Below are positions 25,939 to 40,184 of a DNA stretch of 64,000 nucleotides, piece after piece; the stretch's first letter is position 1; the number at the start of each line of letters is the position of its first letter. Source of the stretch: Octopus bimaculoides (lineage: Eukaryota); contig NC_068993.1 in assembly GCF_001194135.2 (NCBI RefSeq), positions 50,207,866 through 50,271,865 on the forward strand. Reading direction: 5' to 3'. The notes beneath the pieces are model-generated. The model did no database searches. It saw only the letters and a list, made by a program, of their open reading frames with translations, and was not told the origin of the DNA. Position numbers and translations under genes: made by a program.

Positions 25939-26317
25939 GTGAGTGTGAGGTAAAAAGCTTGCTTCCTAACCACATGGTTCCGGATTCAGTCTCAGTGCGT
26001 GGCACCTTTGGTCTCAGGCCGACCAAAGCCTTGTGAGTGGATTTGGTAGACGGAAACTGGAAGAAGCCCGTCGTGTATAGATATCGATATGCCTTTGTGT
26101 TTGTCTCCCCACCACCGCTTGACAACCGGTTTTGGTGTATTTACGCCCTCGTAACTTAGCGGTTCGGCAAAAAGAGATCGATAGTACCAGGTTTAGCCAA
26201 AAAAAAAAAAAAAGTTAATTACTGGAATCGATTCATTCGACTAAAAATTCTTGAAGGCGATGCCCCAGCATGGCAGCTATTAAATGACCGAAACAAGTAA
26301 AAGAATTAAAAGATAAA
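25939..26317 (+). mobile_element. Family B SINE, near full length
   Basis: agcttgcttcctaaccacatggttccggattcagtc...ggccgaccaaagccttgtgagtggatttggtagacgg...gccccagcatggcagc...aaacaagtaaaag. Confidence 0.9.
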
Positions 26318-27060
26318 TAGCAGTAATATTAGTCACGAATTAATTTTCCGAAGACAATCAAACAAGAAACCTTTTAACCGTTTAATTACGGTCTAAAAGA
26401 TTGTTTGTTCCGTTTAACAATCAAGAAAATTGTGTTCAGACTTATAACCGTTCCTTGAATACTAACTACTGGGGGTTGTTATATTTGTATGTACAATGTG
26501 TATGGCTGTTTTTCTGGGTATGGTGTGGTTTAGAAGTGACTTTGTATTTAATATCGGAACCAGCCAGTTATCACGATGGACGCACCATCACCATCATCAT
26601 TGGTGTGGAATTACCCAAGACGGACGGGTGGTGGGTTGTAGCTTAGAGTGATGGAAGAGAGAGATATGTAGATTCCGAAGTCAAAACTAGTTCGCGTTGT
26701 AAAAGCAATTCAGATGTGACAAGAAACTTTTTTCCCCCCCTTTTTTTCTTATATATATTCACTTGTTATCATCAAAACTAGAACTAAAACAAACAAACAA
26801 GAGAGATTACAAACAAACAAAATAAATGCAAGACAAAACTGACTCGCCACCGTTATTAACGTAATTTCCACTTCTCTCTCTATTGGATACTACACACACA
26901 CACACACACACACACACACTATACATCATACACTTTGTCTTATTTCTTCTAATAAATAACTTTCATGGTATTTTTTTTTGTTTGTTTTTGTACTGCTATT
27001 TATTATTATTATTATTATTGCTGCAGCAGCAGCAGCTTTTATGTCTTCTCTTGAACTTAC

Positions 27061-27111
27061 ATAGCCACCCCAGAATCGGGTTTCGGACCGCTGGAAATCA
27101 GCGTTGACCAT
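27061..27111 (-). CDS. Candidate coding exon MVNADFQRSETRFWGGY (unassigned)
   Basis: aagATGG context with an upstream in-frame TGA, 17 codons, consensus donor TAT|GTAAGT; CpG-rich, non-repetitive. No homology recognised. Confidence 0.22.
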
Positions 27112-27283
27112 CTTTCATTACAAACAACTTGGATGGATGGATGGATGCCATGACATGACATCTCTTACATATCGTTATTAGTTTTTTTCTTCATTTTACT
27201 TTTTTTTTATCTTCTATTTCCAAGCGTTCATTTACTTTTTACACACACGTACTTGCGTTTGCGCACGCGCACCCTTCTCTCCT

Positions 27284-27316
<33 letters not shown>

Positions 27317-28032
27317 GACACTGTGTGTATTGGGGAGATGGTGTGTGTGCAAAAACTTTTTAGTTCAGTAAGCTTTCTTACTTCATACCCTGCTAATGGG
27401 TTTCTTTAGAAGAAATCTTCCGTGCCACTAAGTTAGAATTCCTCTTCGCTAAAGGTTTTTTGCTTAACGACCCGAGATTGTCTTGGTAAGGAATTAGCCG
27501 AGCAAAATATTTCTGGGAGTTGCTAGATGTTGTGAGAGAGAGGTGGTGGGGGTATGAGGTAGAAAGAGCAATAAATAAAAATCATTTCTGTTTTTTATTA
27601 TTATTTTTTTTTCTTCTTCTTCATCCCCACCTCAAGCTTTTTTTTTTGTTTTTGTTTCTTTTTTTTTTCATTTTTTTTTTTATTACTATTGTTGTTGTTT
27701 TCTTGTTCGTTTCTTCATTTTATTTCTTGTCACGTTATTTGATCGGAGAGAGCGAACCGAAAGTTAAAACTCTCATATTTTGGTTGGCATGTCATAAAAC
27801 AAACTCCTTGGTGCAAACATCTAACCATACAAAGTAAATAGCTGCATACAAAGCAAAAAACGTAGATAGATGTTCGGATGGGGGAATGGAAGAGCTGAGC
27901 GGAGCTGAGAGAATTAAAGAGAGTTTCTTTTATTTTTATCTGCCTTTTTGTCTCCCAGGCACACGTTCACACACATGTATATTAGAGGAGATATATATGA
28001 AATGTGAGCATGCATATGTATGTATGTATGTA

Positions 28033-28080
<48 letters not shown>

Positions 28081-28543
28081 CACACACACACACACACATG
28101 CTGACATATGTATATACACACACATGTTCATGTATTATACGCTCACATTGTGTGTGTGTGAAATCACACACTTAGTGTGTAGTCCTTTACGAAAGCTAGA
28201 ACAAGTATCAAAACCTGTTAACAATAATGATAAATAAAAAAAAAGAGCATTATGAAATTTACTTTGGCATCAAGAGCGGGATTGTGTGATAGTCATGCAT
28301 ATTTTAATGACTTTTGTAATATTGATTACATAAACAGAAATATCTAGCAGCTGAGAATATCGAAACCGTGTAGCAGTTACAGCTTTGCTGTATATATGTT
28401 ATTACGCGTACACAAAAATGATAGATGTAAAGAAAGATTAAAGACTATATCGACATTAAAATAAATAAATTAATAAATTAAATGGCAATGTTTCCATCTT
28501 TGAACAGGTGTTGACTTTGGTTTAATGTTGATATCTCATTAAC

Positions 28544-28563
28544 CTGGTTCGAGGTTATCATAT
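28544..28563 (-). other. Candidate 20-nt exon ATATGATAACCTCGAACCAG
   Basis: About 60-nt U-rich tract ending tttacag; donor CAG|GTTAAT. Confidence 0.17.
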
Positions 28564-28899
28564 CTGTAAAATCAAGCAAATAAAGTCAGGAAAACAGAAA
28601 CAACAATAAAACAGAACAAAAAAAAGCACATCTTTGAACTGCCTAGTTCTCTCGTTATTCGTTGTTGTTCGTTATATCCATTCCCAACCTTCTTCTCACT
28701 CATCTCTTCGCCTTCATGCCTTACACGCCAGCCTATTATCTGTACAGTCCGTGTTGTTCTGTGTACGGTTTCTACTTTATATGTAATGACACGTATTTCT
28801 CCCAGCTGCACCGATCGCTATATAAACCCAATTCCTGATCAGAATCCTACACAGTTTTCTACTTCATCTTGCAACCGTTACTTCTCTAGAAACCTTGCA

Positions 28900-28972
<73 letters not shown>

Positions 28973-29546
28973 NNNNNNNNNNNNNNNNNNNNNNNNNNNN
29001 NNNNNNNNNNNNNNNNNNNNNNNNNNNNNNNNNNNNNNNNNNNNNNNNNNNNNNNNNNNNNNNNNNNNNNNNNNNNNNNNNNNNNNNNNNNNNNNNNNNN
29101 NNNNNNNNNNNNNNNNNNNNNNNNNNNNNNNNNNNNNNNNNNNNNNNNNNNNNNNNNNNNNNNNNNNNNNNNNNNNNNNNNNNNNNNNNNNNNNNNNNNN
29201 NNNNNNNNNNNNNNNNNNNNNNNNNNNNNNNNNNNNNNNNNNNNNNNNNNNNNNNNNNNNNNNNNNNNNNNNNNNNNNNNNNNNNNNNNNNNNNNNNNCA
29301 ACAAATGTAAATTTAGTTTCGTTTTCATTATAGCGCCATCTTCATCTGCTGCCATATATGTCACGTTTTATCTGGAGTAAAAAACCATGATCTTGCTCTC
29401 TCTCTCTTGATCTCATTTCATATATATATATATATTGACATCTATATATATATTGACATATATATATATATATCCTTCTCTTATCTTTAAGATTTCTTAG
29501 TTATCTATATTTCTCTATCGCTTTCATAGGTTCTCTCTCTCCTCTA

Positions 29547-29601
<55 letters not shown>

Positions 29602-30460
29602 CTCTCTCTCAAATTCTCCGTCATTTCTTCTCAATTTACGCTCTCTTCCCCCCTCTCTCTCTTTCTCTCGATAAACACACACACATCTCTAGCTCTCTCT
29701 ATTATTTTGTTTGTTTTATTCACTCTTAGTTCTTTTCAACTACTCACATTTTTGTATATTCTACCATGTAATTTAGAAATCAGACAATTTACCTGTACAA
29801 ATCTATTGCAAGGAAAAAGAAAATGTGACTGTGTGTGTATGTATGTATATATGGTATCATTTTGCACATATCTCCAGCAATTTCCACTCAATACTTCATC
29901 TCTCTTTCTCTCACACTCTAACTACTTCTCTGTCACTTAACTTCGTACAAATACACAGCTGACGCCATCTTGGTTCTGAGAATCAGTACGAGAATACGTT
30001 TTCAAAGAGCCTTTTTAAATTCCGCAGGTTTTTAGCATCCACCCATCTCTTTATTTATGTTTTATTTTAGAACGACCATTTATATAATAACATAAAGAGC
30101 TTTGGTAGAAAACTGTTCAAAGATAATTATACAAATTCCTGCATCACACACAAATTCACACATTCGTTTAGATTTTTGTGCGAGTTCTCAACTCACACAC
30201 TTATTGGTATGTGTGTGTGTGTGTGTGAGTGTGTGTTTAGGAAGGTCTTGTGCACACATTAGCACAAAACCATACATAAGCACATGCGCGCACATACGCA
30301 GTACTTAATTAATGTCAATAATGTATTTAACTCCTTGGCCCCTGGCTACTATTTGAGTTTTGTAGTCCTGATGCGAACAGCATGTAGTACGCTTAGTAGA
30401 AACAAATTTATTGCAGTTGTTGATTTAATTGTTCCATCCAACAGATGTAGAAGAGCTACT

Positions 30461-30493
<33 letters not shown>

Positions 30494-31405
30494 GGCGTCA
30501 GAAGGAGCAATACCAACATATTTTCCCCGTCAGCAGCAGCACCACTATCGCCCTCCTCTCACTCGTACACGAGTTGCAACCCTAACTGCAAGTCAACTGG
30601 TAATAAATAAACGACTGCATTTAATACGTTCACTTCAGCTCTCTAGTACTACCACTGTTAGCAGCAAGCAAGCAACCGATGTTTGCTTTGATTTTTCTTG
30701 TTAACATGTATGTTTTTAGACATCTTTCTTTGCTTTTCTTTCGCTGTTGTTTCTTTGTTTCTACGCGCTTCTCATGTTGTTTTTTTCTTCTTAACGTTAT
30801 CTTTTAGTATTACTAGTATTTGTGGTGTTTGTAGTAGTAGTAAAAATCGTGGTAGTGGTGATGATGGTTCTGCCCTCTTCCTTCACTTTCTCCACCCCTT
30901 CCTCCTCTTCGTGCGAGTCCTTTCTCTCCAGCTGGTAAGGAAAGTAGCGTAACGGTTTTAAGATCATAAATTCACGCTTTGCAAATCATTGAATGACTCA
31001 AACACACACATACACACACACACACACACAATTGGCTCTACTACTACTACTACTACTATGCTAGTAATATTAGTGTTGATCCTGTTGATAGGGATTGTAA
31101 TTGTAGTTATTTAAATAACAACAACAACAACCATAATCATAATGATGGTGATGACAGTAATAATACCTTTTCCTCTTTCGTTCCGCTAGCATTCACTAAC
31201 ACTCACACACTATCTCTCTCACTCACAACATTTATGTTTGATCATTAATTTGTTTGCTGCTTCAGTCAATATTCTAATATTCAATGTTCTGTTTTTTTAG
31301 TTTTTGGGGGGGTTTTTTTTGTCATTTCTAAAAAAAATTTTACTTTTTGTTTAGTGTTTGTTTTCGATTTTGTTTCGTTTTCCTATTATTTGTTTGTTGT
31401 TGTTG

Positions 31406-31452
<47 letters not shown>

Positions 31453-31532
31453 GTCTCCATTCGACCTCCAATTGAAAACTGTGTTTCATTTTTCACTATC
31501 TGAACATTTCTAAACACTGTCAGTGTAGAAAG

Positions 31533-31536
<4 letters not shown>

Positions 31537-31626
<90 letters not shown>
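31537..31626. repeat. (CT)n microsatellite, about 45 units
   Basis: Read directly. Confidence 0.97.
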
Positions 31627-31628
<2 letters not shown>

Positions 31629-32657
31629 CTTGTCACCCTCTCCTCCCTCTCTCACTCGTTATACTGAGATAAATAAATTTCAGGGGGAGACACAGACAGG
31701 AGATGTATATGTTCTGAACAAGAAAGCTTTTCGGTGTTGTCTGGTCTTTCATTTGACTCAATTACACAGTTGACGCATGCTCTATTTAGTTTGTATCTTG
31801 TGATAAAATAAAAGAAAATTAGGACTTGTAGTCAATGGGGCCTTTCGTTTTCCTCTTCTCACCCTCATTTCGCTATCTTCAAATATTGTTTGTATTTCGA
31901 CTTTCTACATACTTTATCAGAACCTTAAGCCATGTCTAGGGATTCTTGCTGTGTGTCGAGAGATAGGACGTATCTTGTGTGTCGCGGAGAGAGGGTGAAT
32001 TCCTGTTGGAACATGGGAATTAAGTAAAAGGAGAGGGTGGAAACAACAACAACAACATGAAACCAAACAAACAAATATAGCTTAGGAACGATGGTACTGA
32101 ACAGACCAAGTAACTTTTGTTTTGACTGACACAAGAATCCGAATCGTAAATATATGGTTACTGACCGAAAACTAGGAATCTGTGGAAATCTTGAAATCTC
32201 AGCATTAAATTTTTTTTTTTCTGGAGGGGTTAAGATGGGAGATGGAATGTTTCTCAGACAGTCTCATGCCTCCTCTTTAAAAAATGAAGCCTAATTGCTT
32301 TGACATTATATGCCAAAATAAGAACTGACATTGTTCCCATACTCATCTAATAATGCTTTAACTTCCAAGATGTGAATACAAAACAAAAACTAAACAAAAT
32401 CAAACTATATTTATCTCCCATCGTCCTTTAGATGTTTGGTAGTTAACATTTAGATTTGTAAAGAAAATATGTCATGCTAAATGGTTGATACGCTACATTC
32501 TTATCCCCTTTTTTTCTCTCTAAACTCTTTTTTTGTTTGTTTTCATAGAAAGTTGTCATTGATAATCGAACTGTCGTCCGCTACTGATGTCCTCATTTAA
32601 GACGTATACAGAAATTTGAGACAGTGGTCTTAATATCACATTGTTAGGATGATTAAA

Positions 32658-32693
<36 letters not shown>

Positions 32694-33837
32694 TAAGTAC
32701 TGATAAGTCTACTTAAGACCGAAACGTATCGTCTAGAGTTGCCATATTACTCACCACAGATCAGAATCACTTCTCAACATTTCTCTATTTAGTTTTTTGT
32801 TTAATTTCAATTTCAGGTGTGTTCTCTGCCTAATGTTTTATCACTCCTATCTGGTTGTAATTATAATCAAAAATTGTTCAGCTCATTGCCCTGGATGTTT
32901 AAGCAGACACTTAACTGTTGGGTTTCTTTACAGAAGGCGTCCCTGCTTTACTGTACACTTTCCGCTACCCTCATCACCACCGTCGTTCTGTTAATGATAT
33001 TAGCAATTTCTGTTCGAGTCGCATTGTCTGAATCCCTCTTCTTTCTCGCAACTTGAGAGCTCCCAAAATTCCAGCTCAAAGGCTTTCACCGCGTACGTAG
33101 CACACTTGTTTAAACACATTCACTGTGTTTCTGTCGCCTTTTAAAAACCTAGGCCTTCGCTGTTTAAGTTCCGGTCTCCGACAAGATTGTTTCCTATATT
33201 CTATAGCAGNNNNNNNNNNNNNNNNNNNNNNNNNNNNNNNNNNNNNNNNNNNNNNNNNNNNNNNNNNNNNNNNNNNNNNNNNNNNNNNNNNNNNNNNNNN
33301 NNNNNNNNNNNNNNNNNNNNNNNNNNNNNNNNNNNNNNNNNNNNNNNNNNNNNNNNNNNNNNNNNNNNNNNNNNNNNNNNNNNNNNNNNNNNNNNNNNNN
33401 NNNNNNNNNNNNNNNNNNNNNNNNNNNNNNNNNNNNNNNNNNNNNNNNNNNNNNNNNNNNNNNNNNNNNNNNNNNNNNNNNNNNNNNNNNNNNNNNNNNN
33501 NNNNNNNNNNNNNNNNNNNNNNNNNNNNNNNNNNNNNNNNNNNNNNNNNNNNNNNNNNNNNNNNNNNNNNNNNNNNNNNNNNNNNNNNNNNNNNNNNNNN
33601 NNNNNNNNNNNNNNNNNNNNNNNNNNNNNNNNNNNNNNNNNNNNNNNNNNNNNNNNNNNNNNNNNNNNNNNNNNNNNNNNNNNNNNNNNNNNNNNNNNNN
33701 NNNNNNNNNNNNNNNNNNNNNNNNNNNNNNNNNNNNNNNNNNNNNNNNNNNNNNNNNNNNNNNNNNNNNNNNNNNNNNNNNNNNNNNNNNNNNNNNNNNN
33801 NNNNNNNNNNNNNNNNNNNNNNNNNNNNNNNNNNNNN

Positions 33838-33871
<34 letters not shown>

Positions 33872-34018
33872 AACATATATGTATACATATATGTGTATGT
33901 ATATATGTATGTATGTATATATATGTATGTATGTATATATATGTATGTATGTGTGTGTGTATATATATGTGTGTGTATGTATGTGTGTATATATATATAT
34001 ATATGTGTGTATGTGTGT

Positions 34019-34060
<42 letters not shown>

Positions 34061-34854
34061 ACATACATACATAATAATGTAACGCGCTTTCTTCTAACCA
34101 CCCCAATCTTCGTCTCGACAAGTTCTTAATTTCCACTTATTTATTTATTTCTATATTTACACATCCACCCTTAATAAGAGACGGATATAAAAATCATAAT
34201 GATAATAATAATAATAATAATAATAGCAATAATAATACAGATTATTCGTTCGTTCGATGTTTTCATCTCACTGAAAAACATATTGATTTCTGTTACTCGC
34301 TACTATCACCACCCTTTGTACCCGCAACAGTGGCCCTTTGACTCGAGATACCGGTATCGCCACCCTGTATGATCTTAACTTTAAGGGTGGATGACACTGA
34401 ATCGTGTTTACCCCCCCCCCCCCGCCGCCGCCGGCCATGCTGATTTTAATTCAGTTCAGTTATAAATTATTCACGTACAGAGGTGTGCGTGTGTGTTTTG
34501 ATGCAATAATGTTCTTTTTGTGACTAATAAGGAAAAAAAGAGTACTCAGTATGAGATATAAGGTTTTAATGTGCTTATTGAATACTGAACGACTCCACTT
34601 TAGTGTTACTCCGAGTTTCGTGTTTCCGATCTTCAGACGATACACGCTCACACGGCTGTTCGTTCACTTTTTCGTCTTCCTCTTCCTCTTCCTCTCATAT
34701 CTCCCCCTCTTTTTATTCTATATTCTCTCCCCCCCTCTCTCTATATTTGCGCTTTTAGTTAAATGTCTTTGTTTGGATTTAACTTCTTTTTCACAAAATA
34801 TACGTCCATTTGATTAACGCATGCGCAAATAGATGTGCCTATCTTCTCTCTCTC

Positions 34855-34917
<63 letters not shown>

Positions 34918-34989
34918 NNNNNNNNNNNNNNNNNNNNNNNNNNNNNNNNNNNNNNNNNNNNNNNNNNNNNNNNNNNNNNNNNNTCTCTT

Positions 34990-35039
<50 letters not shown>

Positions 35040-35654
35040 TCCCTGAAACACGGACGTGGTGTTGGTGGGATTTTCCAAATATTTATGCTCAGCTCTGTCT
35101 CAATTATTACCATGAGTCATTGATGGTGCTGAAGGTTGCAAACGAACCTTAACCAAGTTCTGTGTCATTTAAAACAAAAATTAACGATAGAAAAGGAGAA
35201 CAAAAACAGACGAGATGGTCATGTCATCTTTGTCTAAGAACAGGCATTGTCAATACTTCACCGCCGCCGCCGCCACCACTACAATAGCACTACATTATAT
35301 AGCTTTGTCACCAAACGTACACTAATACTAGGAGCACTGCAATTATTACCTTTATATAATCTCCACCACCGATTCCATTAGAATCCTCTGCTATCACCAG
35401 TACCACTACTGCAATTACTTATTACCAACAATACCACCACCACCACCACCACCACCACCGCCGCCGCCGCCAATTACCACTATTAACCCTAATGTAAATA
35501 CCACTGTTGTTAACATCACAGCCACCATTTTCTTCAGTGTCGACGCCATCACCAAATACCACCACTAGAATCGTTGCTAACATCAACACGGCACCGACAT
35601 CAAACAACTCATTAAACGTCCTCACCCCCATCAACGCACCGCCGCTGCTATTAG

Positions 35655-35830
35655 AACCGACGAGATGGCAGCCTCTGTTGGGCTGTTCTGTGTGCTAGAA
35701 ATAGCAGCAAGATTTGCCTCGAAATCACGCCTTTCCTTTCCGTTGATCCGGGGAAAAGGACACGGCTGGAATACCTTCGATATTAAGTCTGCTCGATCGG
35801 GATTTACCTAGGGCTAAACGACAATGATAA
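35655..35830 (+). mobile_element. Family D repeat with 3' (AAC/AAT)-type tail
   Basis: gtgctagaaatagcagcaagatttgcctcgaaatcacg...ggctggaataccttcgatattaagtctgctcgatcgggatttacctagggctaaacgacaa. Confidence 0.65.
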
Positions 35831-35877
35831 TAATAATAATAATACGACAACCAGCATCAATACTATGAAACCAACCG

Positions 35878-35878
<1 letters not shown>

Positions 35879-35929
<51 letters not shown>
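35879..35929. repeat. (ACT)n microsatellite
   Basis: Read directly. Confidence 0.95.
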
Positions 35930-37091
35930 GTCACTATAAAAGCAACCACCTCCGTCACACCTTTAAAATATTTTCTAATGTAANNNNNNNNNNNNNNNNN
36001 NNNNNNNNNNNNNNNNNNNNNNNNNNNNNNNNNNNNNNNNNNNNNNNNNNNNNNNNNNNNNNNNNNNNNNNNNNNNNNNNNNNNNNNNNNNNNNNNNNNN
36101 NNNNNNNNNNNNNNNNNNNNNNNNNNNNNNNNNNNNNNNNNNNNNNNNNNNNNNNNNNNNNNNNNNNNNNNNNNNNNNNNNNNNNNNNNNNNNNNNNNNN
36201 NNNNNNNNNNNNNNNNNNNNNNNNNNNNNNNNNNNNNNNNNNNNNNNNNNNNNNNNNNNNNNNNNNNNNNNNNNNNNNNNNNNNNNNNNNNNNNNNNNNN
36301 NNNNNNNNNNNNNNNNNNNNNNNNNNNNNNNNNNNNNNNNNNNNNNNNNNNNNNNNNNNNNNNNNNNNNNNNNNNNNNNNNNNNNNNNNNNNNNNNNNNN
36401 NNNNNNNNNNNNNNNNNNNNNNNNNNNNNNNNNNNNNNNNNNNNNNNNNNNNNNNNNNNNNNNNNNNNNNNNNNNNNNNNNNNNNNNNNNNNNNNNNNNN
36501 NNNNNNNNNNNNNNNNNNNNNNNNNNNNNNNNNNNNNNNNNNNNNNNNNNNNNNNNNNNNNNNNNNNNNNNNNNNNNNNNNNNNNNNNNNNNNNNNNNNN
36601 NNNNNNNNNNNNNNNNNNNNNNNNNNNNNNNNNNNNNNNNNNNNNNNNNNNNNNNNNNNNNNNATGAAATTTGTCTAATTTTTCTTCTTCTTTAGAAATA
36701 TTTCTTTCAAGCTCTTTTTCTTTTTTTTTTAATCTTTTTTTTTTTAAATTTAATATTTATATTTGTTATTTATTTCGGGTTTTGTATTATAAACCCGTCT
36801 TGCTTTCCTGTTTGTTATTTTTGTTGTTAGTTTAACGTTCTTGAAATTTGATTAACGCAAATATATCTTCTCTCTTAAATACAAACTTGAGCAAGTTATG
36901 TGCACGCAATTGGACTGATATAATGTGATGTTATATCTTCTATAGCATAGTGTATATATTGTTCTTTACAAATCAAGCCTGAGTTTTTGAGTTCAATTTC
37001 CATTTGATCTATTTTAGTGTTTCTCTGGGTTTCAAAGAACCTCATGGTTCCGTGGTAAGATTCTGAGGTTTCGCCAACATAAGATGTCTAG

Positions 37092-37408
37092 TTTTTTTTT
37101 TTTTTTTTTCAATAAATTTTTTAAGTTTCCGCATTTAATGTATTATAAAACGAGGGTGATGGGCGTTGTCCGTAAAATATATGCATGGCTTCCGCGATTT
37201 TTGAAAAGACCTTATATAACCTCCGTGACGAAATAAGTTTGGAGACGCCCTTATCGCTCGGGCTTTTGCAGATGGCATAAACGTCACAATTCTCGGTAAA
37301 ATCCTGCACTGATTCATTTGTAGAAATTGTCCTTCTTTCAAAGTCAGGTTTTGCTTTTACAAAATAACGTTGTCCTCTTAAGAATGCTTTCGTTCTATTG
37401 TAAACGTT
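37092..37408 (-). pseudogene. Possible retroposed fragment (processed pseudogene or LINE 3' end)
   Basis: 95 sense codons (NVYNRTKAFLRGQRYFVK...NAET) ending in TAA at 37121, ATTAAA 24 nt before an A18 tract. No TSD found. Confidence 0.25.
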
Positions 37409-38348
37409 TCAAGTGTCGAATTAAGCTCTAATTGTGTTGTAAACACCCATCAAGATACTGAATTAGTTATTACGCGTGCCATCTTAGCCATTTATCATCC
37501 ACCATCTATAACAGAACTAGGCATTATTCGAAGGAAACCATTTTCTTCTGAGTTGTCTACTTGAACGCTTTTTGAACATCTCAAGAGACATTAAAATTTT
37601 TTCCCAATCGATCTTTTAACTTTGTTGCCCTCGTAACGTCTTTGACCTCTAGTAAGTAGTCAGACATAAAGACTCAATTTACTGTCTCTGTGCCAGTTTG
37701 GAGGCTTCACCATTGTAATTGCGTTTGCTAAGAGACTATTCAGTTAGTTCCATCTTACATGTAATACCAAAATCTGCGACAATCTCTGATCTACTGTGAT
37801 CACACTGTAAAGTGCTTCTACGGGGGTCATTCTATCTGCTAGAAATTGCAGCCAAGTCTCTATAAAGCCAACACCTACTTTCCTAAGAAATGAATACATT
37901 GGTTAATATAGTTCAAAGTTAAAAATAAAGACTTGAAGTTTCTAACTTGAATGCCTCTTATCGTAGTTCTACTTGAAGAGAGTTGACCCGAGGCTAATGC
38001 AAACAGAAATGGTGGATCGCCATTTCTGACACCTCGGATACCCAAAAGCCAGAAGCCCAGACACCGCTCCATAACAGTTTGAAGAGTTTGTCGTGGTTTT
38101 AATAAAGAAATCCAAACGAAATCCGTGAGTCAAGCACCCCACGATCAAAGCTGTTTCTGTTTGTAATTATTTCTTTATTTTTTGTGTTAGGGAACATCAG
38201 TTGAGTACTTCACGATCAAAAGGTTTTATGTATTATTTATTTATTTTGTGAAATTAGACAGTCAGAGGTTTAGACTTTGACCTGACCGCCGAAATTCAGA
38301 AGATACAGCTCCATGTAGAGTATCTATGTATATACATACACACACACA

Positions 38349-38383
<35 letters not shown>

Positions 38384-40045
38384 CTTTGACAACATGAAGG
38401 CCAATGAAATGAAAACTTCTGTTGATAACTCAATCGCCATATTCTCTGAGCATTGTTTGGACATCTGTTGTGTATGTTGGTGTATGTATATGGGATATGG
38501 AAATAGAACCGATATATGTGTGTGTGTTTATGTAGCCTAAGGTTGCTTTGTATGTGCATGTAATGTGTACGTACGAGTTCTATGAAAGTATGCGGACCTT
38601 GTGATGTGGTGTGCGATTGTATGTGTGCATATACCGTGTGCGGGTATACATGGGATGTATTTGGTGAGCAGGGTGTGTATATGTTGTGTGTTTAATACCA
38701 TCTTAACATTCTGTTGCCTGTTTCGCCACTGCTTCCCCCACTCCGAAATGTCTCCGTGTTCTACCCCCGTTTCTCTCCCACCGCCTTCAATGTTTTACTT
38801 CTCCGTCTCTTCTGGTACTACTACTATCGCTTGTCCCTCCAGCTCTCCTGCCTCACCACCACCTTATCTGAATCCCCCCCACCACCACCACCAAGTGTTG
38901 ACGGAGTGAGTGATATGCCTGGTGTGCGACCACGAGGCTTTCGTCAATGTCTGCGAAGATCGGCCAAACAAAAATAAACCGAACAGATAAATAAATCAAA
39001 AACTAACATGNNNNNNNNNNNNNNNNNNNNNNNNNNNNNNNNNNNNNNNNNNNNNNNNNNNNNNNNNNNNNNNNNNNNNNNNNNNNNNNNNNNNNNNNNN
39101 NNNNNNNNNNNNNNNNNNNNNNNNNNNNNNNNNNNNNNNNNNNNNNNNNNNNNNNNNNNNNNNNNNNNNNNNNNNNNNNNNNNNNNNNNNNNNNNNNNNN
39201 NNNNNNNNNNNNNNNNNNNNNNNNNNNNNNNNNNNNNNNNNNNNNNNNNNNNNNNNNNNNNNNNNNNNNNNNNNNNNNNNNNNNNNNNNNNNNNNNNNNN
39301 NNNNNNNNNNNNNNNNNNNNNNNNNNNNNNNNNNNNNNNNNNNNNNNNNNNNNNNNNNNNNNNNNNNNNNNNNNNNNNNNNNNNNNNNNNNNNNNNNNNN
39401 NNNNNNNNNNNNNNNNNNNNNNNNNNNNNNNNNNNNNNNNNNNNNNNNNNNNNNNNNNNNNNNNNNNNNNNNNNNNNNNNNNNNNNNNNNNNNNNNNNNN
39501 NNNNNNNNNNNNNNNNNNNNNNNNNNNNNNNNNNNNNNNNNNNNNNNNNNNNNNNNNNNNNNNNNNNNNNNNNNNNNNNNNNNNNNNNNNNNNNNNNNNN
39601 NNNNNNNNNNNNNNNNNNNNNNNNNNNNNNNNNNNNNNNNNNNNNNNNNNNNNNNNNNNNNNNNNNNNNNNNNNNNNNNNNNNNNNNNNNNNNNNNNNNN
39701 NNNNNNNNNNNNNNNNNNNNNNNNNNNNNNNNNNNNNNNNNNNNNNNNNNNNNNNNNNNNNNNNNNNNNNNNNNNNNNNNNNNNNNNNNNNNNNNNNNCT
39801 GTTGTTGTTACTCTATTATCCCCCCTCCACACATACCCTTCCTCTTCCTGCTCCTGAATATCAACACCCACAGCCATCACTCACCTCCTACCACCACCAC
39901 CAGCACGACCATTAGGCACTTCATGTGATGTATAAATTACAACAATAAACATGGGAAAATCCCCACAAGGACATACATCATATTTTATGTACTTCTCTAC
40001 ATAGATGTGTTTATGTATGTATGTACATTTGTGTGTATATATTGC

Positions 40046-40089
<44 letters not shown>

Positions 40090-40151
40090 CCTGTATAGCA
40101 TGGAGAAAGAAAAAGAAAATGTATATATTTTTTTCTGAAAGTTCATTCATC

Positions 40152-40184
<33 letters not shown>

